Below, one piece after another: positions 17,216 through 25,800 of a stretch of DNA of 64,000 nt. The position numbers and the translations under genes are program-made. Numbering within the stretch: the first letter of the stretch is position 1; each line of letters begins with the position of its first letter. Location of the stretch: the NCBI GenBank assembly GCA_007376205.1, contig VMFU01000007.1, forward strand, positions 14,118 through 78,117. Direction: 5' to 3'. The notes below the pieces were generated by a model. It saw only the letters and a list, made by a program, of their open reading frames with translations. It searched no databases and was not told the origin of the DNA. The DNA comes from Candidatus Peregrinibacteria bacterium Gr01-1014_25. Lineage in GTDB: Bacteria > Patescibacteriota > Gracilibacteria > Peribacterales > Peribacteraceae.

Positions 17216-18343
17216 TTACGTCGATTGCCGCATGACCGCTGCGAATTCGTCGAACAGGTATGCGGCGTCCTGCGGGCCCGGCGCCGCTTCCGGATGGAAT
17301 TGTACCGCGAAGAAGCGTCCGTTCCTGTGACGGATGCCCTCGATCGTTCCGTCATTCGCATTGCGGAACCAGACGGACCAATCCTTGGGGAGCTCCTCCT
17401 TCACGGCGAAGCCGTGATTCTGCGAGGTGATGATGCAGCGCTGCGATCCCGCCTCCACGCACGGCTGGTTCGCGCTGCGGTGGCCGTACTTGAGCTTGAA
17501 CGTGTCGCCGCCGATGGCGAGCGCCATGAGCTGGTTGCCCAGGCAGATGCCGAACGTCGGAATATCCTTCTCCAGCGCGCGCTGCACCGCGCGGATCGTG
17601 GGGGTGCACTGCTTCGGATCCCCGGGACCGTTGCTGATGAACACGCCGTCAATGTGTCCGTCGTAGCCGTCCAGGTCGAAATTCCACGGGACCCGTACGA
17701 CACGCATTCCGCGCTCAAGGAGGCTGCGCAGAATGTTGCGCTTCATGCCGCAGTCGTACGCGATCACCGTAGGTGATCGCGAGCTTTGAGCATCTGCAAT
17801 TGGTTCGCCTTCCGTCGGCTCATACACCATCACCTCCTTGCAGCTTACTTCTGCTACCAGGTTTCGGAGATTCGGATCCTCGGTTTCCTCGGTTTCATCG
17901 GTTGCCTTGGTCTCCTGTCGTATGCGTCCCAACATCACCCCATGCTCGCGCAGGCGCTTGGTGAGCGCGCGGGTATCGATCCCGGTGATCCCCGGGATGC
18001 CGTGATGTTCCAGCCAGTTATGCAACGAGCTCACGGATGCATGATGGCTGTGGCACGCGCTCGCCTGGGCGACGATCACGCCACGCACGTGAATGTTTTC
18101 GCTCTCCAGGAACGCCGCGAATCCTCGGCCATCCTTCTCCTGGGTCGGCACCCCGTAGTTCCCGATGAGCGGATACGTGAACACGAGGATCTGCCCGCGG
18201 TAGCTGGGGTCGGTCAGGCTCTCCGGATACCCCACCATGCCCGTCGTGAACACGACTTCGCCGTCGGTGTCGACAGCCGCGCCGAAGGTTTCCCCTTCGA
18301 ACGTCGTCCCGTCGGTAAGCGCAAGCGATGCCATCCCTCGCAT
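17216..18343 (-). CDS. carA: Carbamoyl-phosphate synthase small (glutaminase) subunit
   Basis: The N-terminal domain is LALTDGTTFEGETFGA..GEVVFTTGMVGYPESLTDPSYRGQILVFTYPLIGNYGV. The GATase active site is FGICLGNQL, followed by VQFHPEA. The interdomain linker carries an inserted ETKATDETEETEDPN. Confidence 0.92.
   Translation of the reverse strand: MRGMASLALTDGTTFEGETFGAAVDTDGEVVFTTGMVGYPESLTDPSYRGQILVFTYPLIGNYGVPTQEKDGRGFAAFLESENIHVRGVIVAQASACHSHHASVSSLHNWLEHHGIPGITGIDTRALTKRLREHGVMLGRIRQETKATDETEETEDPNLRNLVAEVSCKEVMVYEPTEGEPIADAQSSRSPTVIAYDCGMKRNILRSLLERGMRVVRVPWNFDLDGYDGHIDGVFISNGPGDPKQCTPTIRAVQRALEKDIPTFGICLGNQLMALAIGGDTFKLKYGHRSANQPCVEAGSQRCIITSQNHGFAVKEELPKDWSVWFRNANDGTIEGIRHRNGRFFAVQFHPEAAPGPQDAAYLFDEFAAVMRQST
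17878..17915 (-). repeat. The same motif in frame in the carA linker (ETKATDETEETED)
   Basis: The minus strand reads GAGACCAAGGCAACCGATGAAACCGAGGAAACCGAGG. Confidence 0.6.
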
Positions 18344-18355
18344 CCTATCGTATCG

Positions 18356-18856
18356 TCACCAAAGCCGCACACGATTGTTCTGCAGGAGCAGGGAGTCCTT
18401 CTCCGTTTTTGCTGTTTCCAGATCGATGCGCGTCAGGTGCACGGTGAGCGGGGCAGAGCTCGGTGAATGGAGGGCAAGCGCGGATGTCTGCCGTGCCGCG
18501 TAGCGCACGCCCGCGCGGGGCGGGATCACGATGCGCTGCAGCCCTAGCCGTGGCGGATCGACCGTGAAGAATGCGAGAGGAGCGCCGTGTGTTTCCAGCC
18601 TCCGCCACTGTGCGGGCACGAGCAAAACGAGGTTCGTCGTACCGTCGTGAGCGATGTCGATCAGCATTCTCCCGCGCGAGAACGTCGCCGTCACTGAAAG
18701 TCTGCGTTGCGTGTCGTACTCCACCGCGATGAGCGGCGCGTCCGCGTCGACCGACGCCGTCGTGCGGGCGGGGGAGAGGAGCGCCGCGGTTTCTCCGAGA
18801 AGCACGGCAGTGGCGAGAGCGGCGAGCGCGGCGATGGATACGGCGATGCGGGCCAT
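18356..18856 (-). CDS. Hypothetical secreted protein (166 aa)
   Basis: The signal-peptide-like start is MARIAVSIAALAALATAVLLG. It lies 12 nt upstream of carA on the same strand. Confidence 0.55.
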   Translation of the reverse strand: MARIAVSIAALAALATAVLLGETAALLSPARTTASVDADAPLIAVEYDTQRRLSVTATFSRGRMLIDIAHDGTTNLVLLVPAQWRRLETHGAPLAFFTVDPPRLGLQRIVIPPRAGVRYAARQTSALALHSPSSAPLTVHLTRIDLETAKTEKDSLLLQNNRVRLW

Positions 18857-18908
18857 GGGAGGAGAGTAAGCATAGCGTACGGCGTTGAGTTTTACCCGCG
18901 TGTCTGGT

Positions 18909-19292
18909 ATGCTGGTGTCGATGGACTTGGATCCTCACACACTTCACCTCATCCTGCAGAAGATCCGACAGCAGATGCGCTGTCCGCAGTGCGGCGGAAA
19001 GGTGCCTGTGGAATTCGCCTCTGTCCGGATAACGGGAGATGATTTCCTTCTCTTCCAGCTGCGGTGCGAAGCGTGTGATGCCTACATCGTTCTTCACGCG
19101 TCCCTGCAAGGGGCGACCAAGGCGGCGAAAGCGCCGGCGGAGGACGGCGCACATGGACTCAACGCCTCCTCGATGCTCGGGGCCCATGAGAATGAAGTGA
19201 AACTCGTCCGCAAGGCGCTCACCCAAGCCGACGGATCGTTCGCGATGGTCTTCGGAGCATCCGAGGCGCAACCTGACGCGCCGCGCGCGTAG
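18909..19292 (+). CDS. Hypothetical zinc-ribbon protein
   Basis: CPQCGG..(26 aa)..CEACD is a four-Cys ribbon pattern. The start is ambiguous (TTG 18885, ATG 18909 or ATG 18921). Confidence 0.5.
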   Translation: MLVSMDLDPHTLHLILQKIRQQMRCPQCGGKVPVEFASVRITGDDFLLFQLRCEACDAYIVLHASLQGATKAAKAPAEDGAHGLNASSMLGAHENEVKLVRKALTQADGSFAMVFGASEAQPDAPRA

Positions 19293-19316
19293 TCGCCGTC
19301 ACGCACACAACACACC

Positions 19317-20258
19317 ATGACGCAAGAAAACATCGTTTCTCGGGAGGGAGAATCGTACGACCAGGTCAATCCGCACGCCGTTCTGGAGCGCGTGCTCGGC
19401 GTCCTGCCTCCTGATCTGCGGGCGGAGCTCCTTGCCCTGGACGACGCGCAGCTCGTCAGCGCGATCGCCGCGTACCGCGATTGGGCTGCGATGACGGCCG
19501 CGCCGGAGACGTTCCTCGGTCCGGTGAATGCGTGGGAGAATCCCTACCTGGGAACGGATCGCCTCGCGCCTGGGCGGATGCAATCGCAAGAACTCACCGC
19601 GGACGAACTCAAAGAATGCCGTTGCTACCGCGACGAGGCGCGCAAGATCGTGCTCTGCCGGTATGGGCTTTTTCCCCAGATCAAGCCCAGCCTGCGGCGG
19701 GAGGAATGGGACAAGTATGAGCGTGCGTACGGACAAGATTTTCTCAATCCCGAGACGCACCGCGACGAGACGGGAACCTCTTCGTTGTCGCCCCAGCAAG
19801 AGGCGGAGGCGGTCGCAGAGCATGCTGCTTTCGGGGCGCTCCGCGAACTTACCCTGCGTGCATGGGCTTTGCGCCGCGCCATCGATGAGCGACAGCCGGA
19901 GGAGCGCATCGCTCTCCTGTCGCGGTCGCTCGACCACTGCTTCCGGCATTTCTACGTCCGGTACTACATGCGGGAGGATGAGCACAGGCGGATGGTGCAG
20001 GGCTGGGTCGCATCGCTGCATCCGGTTTGGCGCCGGTGGGCCGACGATGTTCTCCGGCAGGTAGCCCACCTGGCGGGATATGTGCAGTTCTCCCCGGCGG
20101 CCTATCAGGAAGTACGGGACGGAGATTTGTCGCGCACCAACCGCTCGAGAACCATGCAGACGGGCAGAGTGCTCCGCATCGAGCGGCCGGTACTCTACAA
20201 GGTCGACGAACACGGGAGTCGCTTTGTGCAGATTCCCGGTATTGTGGACGTCGAATAG
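19317..20258 (+). CDS. Hypothetical 313-aa soluble protein
   Basis: The ORF has ordinary composition (W/Y/R/E-rich, helical). It starts 24 nt after the previous stop. I recognise no family. Confidence 0.55.
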   Translation: MTQENIVSREGESYDQVNPHAVLERVLGVLPPDLRAELLALDDAQLVSAIAAYRDWAAMTAAPETFLGPVNAWENPYLGTDRLAPGRMQSQELTADELKECRCYRDEARKIVLCRYGLFPQIKPSLRREEWDKYERAYGQDFLNPETHRDETGTSSLSPQQEAEAVAEHAAFGALRELTLRAWALRRAIDERQPEERIALLSRSLDHCFRHFYVRYYMREDEHRRMVQGWVASLHPVWRRWADDVLRQVAHLAGYVQFSPAAYQEVRDGDLSRTNRSRTMQTGRVLRIERPVLYKVDEHGSRFVQIPGIVDVE

Positions 20259-20306
20259 ACCCTTTTTGTCCGCTACCGCTTGCGGGGGCGTGGCACAGTG
20301 GGGCCA

Positions 20307-20336
20307 TTGCTCTACAGAGGGTTTTCATGCTATAAT
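20307..20336 (+). promoter_or_regulatory. Sigma-70-like promoter TTGCTC-18-TATAAT
   Basis: The hexamers are at 20307-20312 and 20331-20336, upstream of ATG 20361. Confidence 0.45.
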
Positions 20337-20360
20337 GCATATCGAATAAACACATACCCC

Positions 20361-20657
20361 ATGGACATCCACACCTTCACGCAGGCGATCTACGCGTTGC
20401 CGATGCTGCTCGCCAGTTTGCAGCAGCGGATTATCGACATTGCGACACACACGCCGGCCAAGCGGCGCGAGGCATTGCTGGGTGTCGCACAGACGGCCAG
20501 CGGAAAACTGCAGGCCAATGTGCAGGAACGCGCGGCGACACTCGATGCGTGGGAAGTAATGATCGCCAAGGCGGAACACGACGTCGCCCACGCGGAGCGC
20601 GAGCGCGCCGAGGCGTTGGAAGAGGCCAATGAGCAATTGCCCGATCTCGATTCTTAA
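20361..20657 (+). CDS. Hypothetical small helical protein (98 aa)
   Basis: The ATG at 20361 lies downstream of a TTGCTC-18-TATAAT promoter. The upstream ORF extension overlaps that promoter. Confidence 0.5.
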   Translation: MDIHTFTQAIYALPMLLASLQQRIIDIATHTPAKRREALLGVAQTASGKLQANVQERAATLDAWEVMIAKAEHDVAHAERERAEALEEANEQLPDLDS

Positions 20658-20668
20658 CCACACAAAGT

Positions 20669-22594
20669 ATGCGGTATTTCTCCTTCACTCTCTCGGCGGA
20701 ACAGCGGCGCCTCTGGCGCGGCCGGATGAATCAACCGCAATTTTGCCCACCGGAAATGCAGCCCAATGCCGATCGTCAGGCTATGACGCCGGAGCAGGTG
20801 AGGGCACTGGATGAGCGGATGACGTCGCTTGTTGCCCGCCGCGATAAAGTCGTGGGACGTATGAAAGCGCTGCGTGATGCAAACGTCGACGCGTCTCATC
20901 CCGCCAAACAGCTGATGGACAAGCAAAAGCAACACTGGGCGGAGCAGTACGACAAATTCAAGAACGGCTGCGATCAGCTCGCGGACCAGTACAACCGACA
21001 GGGTGCCGATTACCATGCGGTTCTCAACGAACTCGATCGTGTGCTCCCGATGTGGGAGCAGCACGTCGAGCAGACGGCGGGCGAACAAACCAAGGAACGT
21101 GCAGATGCCGTGCGGCCGGAGATTGTTGAGCAGCTTGGGCGCCTTCGCGCCAAACATCGTAACGCCGCGAACTTGATCACTAGTGCAATCGCAGGCATGA
21201 AAGAAAGCCGCAGGTACATTCCAAAGGGGACAACCGAGGTAGACAATGAGTTTTTAGCCCTTCAACGGGAGCGACGGGACATGGAAAACAAGTACGGAGA
21301 GGCGCTTCTCAACGAGATCCTCCGCGGCACGCAAAACGAGAAAGACTATGACGGCGACTACTTGGAGCACCAGGGGCTCACCTACACGTACGAGCTAAAG
21401 TATAAAAGTTTTCTCGATGACGCGACTCTCGGCGAAGAGCGTCAGAACGAGCAGGGGAAAATCATCCAGAAGAAATCCCCGGAATCCAACGGCTGGCGTG
21501 AGGTGACACCGCAGGGACTCGGGACCCAGGAGCTCGGACCGGCGGACTTGATCAAGGATTCTTGGAGCTACCTCGGTCAGGCGCCCATTGCGAACCGGCG
21601 CGGTGAGGAGGCCGTTCCTGCCAAGCCGAAGCCGACCGAAGAACCAACGAAAACCACAGAGTCCCCCGAGCAGGCGATGGTCAAGAAGCTCGATGCGGCT
21701 GCAATCGGCACGCGCGTCGAGGCGGATGGACCGAATGGAAAGATTGCCTATCAGAAGACAGAGCAAGGATGGCGCATCCGTTTCGGTAGCGGAGAACTGA
21801 ATGAAACGGGCTACCCTATTTCCTCGCGAGACATTGCGAACCAGAATCCGAAGTTCGTTTCCGGTGAGATCAAGCCGGAGGAGAAGAAAACCGCTCCGGA
21901 CGTGCTGCGCAATGATCCCAGCAAGGCGAGGATGGGGGATGTCTGGGATAAGCCCCACCCGCACTTGCGGAATGACCGTCTGCGTTTTCAGAAGGTGGGT
22001 ACGAACCGGTGGGAGAAGAAGATCGGCGACCACACAACCGCCCTGGAAACGAAGACGGACGCTCAAATGGCACAGGAAGGATTCGCGCCCACGGTGGACA
22101 GGCTGGCGAAGAAGCAGCATCCTGTAGAAAAAGCAGTCAAGATCGGCGAATGGCAGTCGAAAATGCCAGGCATGCTCACCCTTCCAAAGGGAGCGACGGT
22201 AGAACCCGGTTCGCTTTTCCTCCAGCACGAGGCGAACATCTACGTGGCCAAGGACGGGTACATCCTCAAGTCCGTCGCGTACGCCGATGCCGCATCCGCA
22301 AAGGGAAAGCCGCCGCTCGAGATCACCACTCCGGAAGAGCGCCGGCCGCTCTACCAGGCTGCGTTCGACCGCATGCCGCAGAATGTCAGAATCACCGGAC
22401 AGGAAAACAAGGAGCTTGGCGCGGTCTTCGGCGAGAAGGCCACGTACTACCGCACTGCCGAAAATTTCTATGCCATGATCAAGACAAACGATGGCGAGGA
22501 AGTCTGGAGGCGATTTGACTGGTCGAAAGGTGATTGGGACACGAACACCAAACATCTGCCACCCGACCAGCAGGCGCATAGCTCTGACATGTAG
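20669..22594 (+). CDS. Hypothetical 641-aa soluble protein with a coiled-coil N-terminal half
   Basis: Long ORF with K/E/Q/D-rich ordinary composition. It has no TM helix or signal peptide. An alternative start is at 20726. Confidence 0.6.
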   Translation: MRYFSFTLSAEQRRLWRGRMNQPQFCPPEMQPNADRQAMTPEQVRALDERMTSLVARRDKVVGRMKALRDANVDASHPAKQLMDKQKQHWAEQYDKFKNGCDQLADQYNRQGADYHAVLNELDRVLPMWEQHVEQTAGEQTKERADAVRPEIVEQLGRLRAKHRNAANLITSAIAGMKESRRYIPKGTTEVDNEFLALQRERRDMENKYGEALLNEILRGTQNEKDYDGDYLEHQGLTYTYELKYKSFLDDATLGEERQNEQGKIIQKKSPESNGWREVTPQGLGTQELGPADLIKDSWSYLGQAPIANRRGEEAVPAKPKPTEEPTKTTESPEQAMVKKLDAAAIGTRVEADGPNGKIAYQKTEQGWRIRFGSGELNETGYPISSRDIANQNPKFVSGEIKPEEKKTAPDVLRNDPSKARMGDVWDKPHPHLRNDRLRFQKVGTNRWEKKIGDHTTALETKTDAQMAQEGFAPTVDRLAKKQHPVEKAVKIGEWQSKMPGMLTLPKGATVEPGSLFLQHEANIYVAKDGYILKSVAYADAASAKGKPPLEITTPEERRPLYQAAFDRMPQNVRITGQENKELGAVFGEKATYYRTAENFYAMIKTNDGEEVWRRFDWSKGDWDTNTKHLPPDQQAHSSDM

Positions 22595-22624
22595 TGCACG
22601 AGACAAACACCGTCTCAAAATCCC

Positions 22625-22652
22625 TTGCGTTGGGTGGTCGCAGGCGTAGAAT
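22625..22652 (+). promoter_or_regulatory. Candidate rpoC promoter TTGCGT-16-TAGAAT
   Basis: The hexamers are at 22625-22630 and 22647-22652. It would give a ~155-nt leader before ATG 22812. Confidence 0.4.
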
Positions 22653-22811
22653 ACGCCCGGAATCACCGGACGGTTTCCGCGCGGGTTAGACGACCGCGGT
22701 CTGGAGCCGACCGGCGTTCGTGCGTGCATAATTGAGCTGTGAGCTGTGAGATATAGGCTTTGAGAACCGCCCCTAGGTCCGAATCCCGAATCCCCATTCC
22801 CTCTCATAATT

Positions 22812-25800
22812 ATGGCCTACTCCGCCCCCTCGTCCGCTACCGATTCGTTCGATGCCGTCGCGCTCTCCGTCGCGAGCTCGGATGACATTCTCGCCTGGTC
22901 CCGCGGCGAAGTGACCAAGGCCGAGACCGTGAACTACCGCACACAGCGTGCGGAGCCGGACGGCCTCTTCTGCGAGCGCATCTTCGGTCCGACGAAGAAC
23001 TTCCAGTGCTTCTGCGGCAAGTACAAGGGCATCCGCTACAAGGGCGTGATTTGCGAGAAATGCGGCGTCGAGGTGACGCGCTCCATCGTCCGCCGCGAGC
23101 GCATGGGCCACATCAACCTCGCCGTCCCCATCGCGCACATCTGGTTCCTGCGGTCGAGCCCCTCGCGCATCGGCTTGCTCCTGGATCTGCCCATCAAGAC
23201 GCTCGAGCAGATCGTGTATTTCGCAGCGTACGTCGTGATTTCCGTGAATGAGGAATCCAAGGGCGACGCGGAAAAAGAGTTGTCGAATGCCATGGACCAG
23301 CGCAAGAAGCAGGTGAGCCGCGAGTACGAAGACGCGAAGAAGCAGCTCGTCGAGAGCAAGGCGACGCGCGCGCAAATCGACGCGCTGGACAAGGAGGCGG
23401 CCCAGCAACTCGATACGCTCAAGCAGAACCATCGCGAGGCACTCGATGACCTCAAGAATCTGCGCATGGGCGGGGTGCTTTCGGAGCTCAAGTTCCGCGA
23501 AATGAACATGAAGTTCGGGCACGTCTTCCGCGCGGGCACCGGTGCCGAATCGCTGCGCGAAGTGATCATGAACGTGGACCTCAAGGACCTGGCCGTGCAG
23601 CTTCAGAAGGAGCGCGAGAAATCGAGCGGCCAAAAGCTCAAGAAGATCATGAAGCGCATGAAGTTCGTGAATTCGTTGATGCAGGCGCAGATCAAGCCCG
23701 AGTGGATGATCCCCACGCGGCTCCCGGTGCTGCCCCCCGACCTGCGACCGATGGTCCAGCTCGACGGCGGCCGGTTCGCCGCGTCGGACTTGAACGACCT
23801 GTATCGCCGCGTCATCAACCGCAACTCCCGCCTGAAGAAGCTGATGAGCATCGGCGCGCCCGAGGTCATCTGCCGCAACGAGAAACGCATGCTCCAGGAG
23901 GCTGTCGACACGCTCCTCAACAACTCCGCGCGCGGCGGCAAGACGCTCTTCACCGCCGGTGACCGCCGCAAGCTCCGCTCCCTTTCCGACATGCTCAAGG
24001 GCAAGCAGGGACGCTTCCGCCAGAACCTCCTCGGAAAGCGCGTCGACTACTCCGGCCGCTCCGTCATCGTCGCCGGTCCGCACCTGCAGCTCAGCCAGTG
24101 CGGTCTGCCGAAGGAGATGGCGATGAAGCTCTTCAAGCCGTTCGTCATCGGTACGATCCTGCGGCGCGAGCTGGCGCACAACGTGAAGGCCGCGGAGCGC
24201 CTCATCCAGGATGGTGTGAAGGAGGTGTGGGACATTCTCGAAGAGGTTATCAAGGACAAGTACGTCCTGCTGAACCGCGCGCCGACGCTGCACCGTCTCG
24301 GCATCCAGGCGTTCCAGCCGACGCTCATCGAAGGCCTTGCCATCCAGCTCCACCCGCTTGCCTGCACGGCGTTCAACGCCGACTTCGACGGCGACCAAAT
24401 GGCCGTCCACGTTCCCCTCTCCGAGAGGGGACAGACCGAGGCGGCCACGCTGATGGCCTCGACGCGCAACGTGCTCAAGCCGTCCGCCGGCGAGCCGATC
24501 ATCAACCCGGTCCAGGACATGGTGCTCGGGTGCTACTTCCTGACGCAGAACCACGACGGCAAGAAGGGGCACGGCATGCTCTTCGGCAACCCCGACCAGG
24601 CGCAGCAGGCCTACGATCACGGCATCATCGACCTGCAGGCGCGCATCAAGGTGCGCGTCCCCAAGGGCGCGCCGCTGCACGCGTTCAACCCGGCCGATCT
24701 GGATTCCGACGTCGAATGGGAAGTGGTCGACACGTCCGTTGGACGCATCTTCTTCGACGCGATCCTCCCTGCGAAGGTCGGCCGCGTGAACGATGTCATG
24801 ACCAAGAAGAAATTGAGCAACCTCCTCGCTAAAATCCTCGATATCTGCGGCGAGGCAGATGCGGTCGGCTTCGCCGACCGCGTGAAGGACATCGGCTTCC
24901 GTTTCGCGACGCAATCGGGCATTTCTATCGCCGCCGCGGACATCCTCGTGCCGGCCGAGTGGCAGACGCTCGTCGATGAGGCCAACGAACAGGTCCGCCT
25001 GATCAACAACTACTTCTGGAAAGGTTTCATCACGGCGGACGAGCGGTACATCCAGTCCATCCGCCTCTGGAGCGAAACGAAAAATCGCATCACCCAGGCG
25101 ATGGTCCGCGACTTCCTCGCTGCGCCAGAGAACGACATTACGTACGTCATCGACTCCGGCGCACGCGGCAACTGGGGCCAGGTTGCCCAGCTCGGCGCCA
25201 TGAAGGGATTGGTCGCCAACCCGTCGGGACGCACCATCGAGCTGCCGATTCAGAGCAACCTGAAGCAGGGCTTCTCGGTACTCGAGTTCTTCATCGCCAC
25301 GCACGGTGGACGCAAAGGAAAGTCCGACACCGCTCTGAAAACCGCCGAAGCCGGTTATCTGACGCGCCGTCTCGTCGACGCCGTGCAGGACATCGTCATC
25401 CGCGAGGACGACTGCGGCAGCGAGGCCGTCCACCTCATCACGAGGGAGGATTCCGAGCGTATCGGTGAGAAGCTCGAGAGCCGCATCTTCGGCCGCACGC
25501 TCGCCCAGGATATCAAGGATGGGGGCAAGACCGTGGCCAAGCGTAACCAGGAAATCGACGCCGACATGATCGATGCCTTCCGCGAGCACGGCGTCAACGC
25601 GGTTCCCGTCCGGTCCGTCATGACCTGCAAGACCCGCGGGGGAATTTGCGTGAAGTGCTACGGGCGCGACCTGGGGAACAACAAGACCGTCCAGGCCGGT
25701 ACGCCGGTCGGCATTATCGCCGCGCAGTCCATCGGCGAACCGGGCACGCAGCTCACGATGCGCACCTTCCACATGGGAGGCGTCGCCGAAGGAGCGGACA

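Noticed and set aside
22734-22793. Short tandem heptamers in the rpoC leader (GAGCTGT x2.4 at 22734-22750 and CCGAATC x2 at 22779-22793).
   Set aside because: Each has only two copies, with no dyad symmetry or recurrence elsewhere in the window. That is too little to call a regulatory element.
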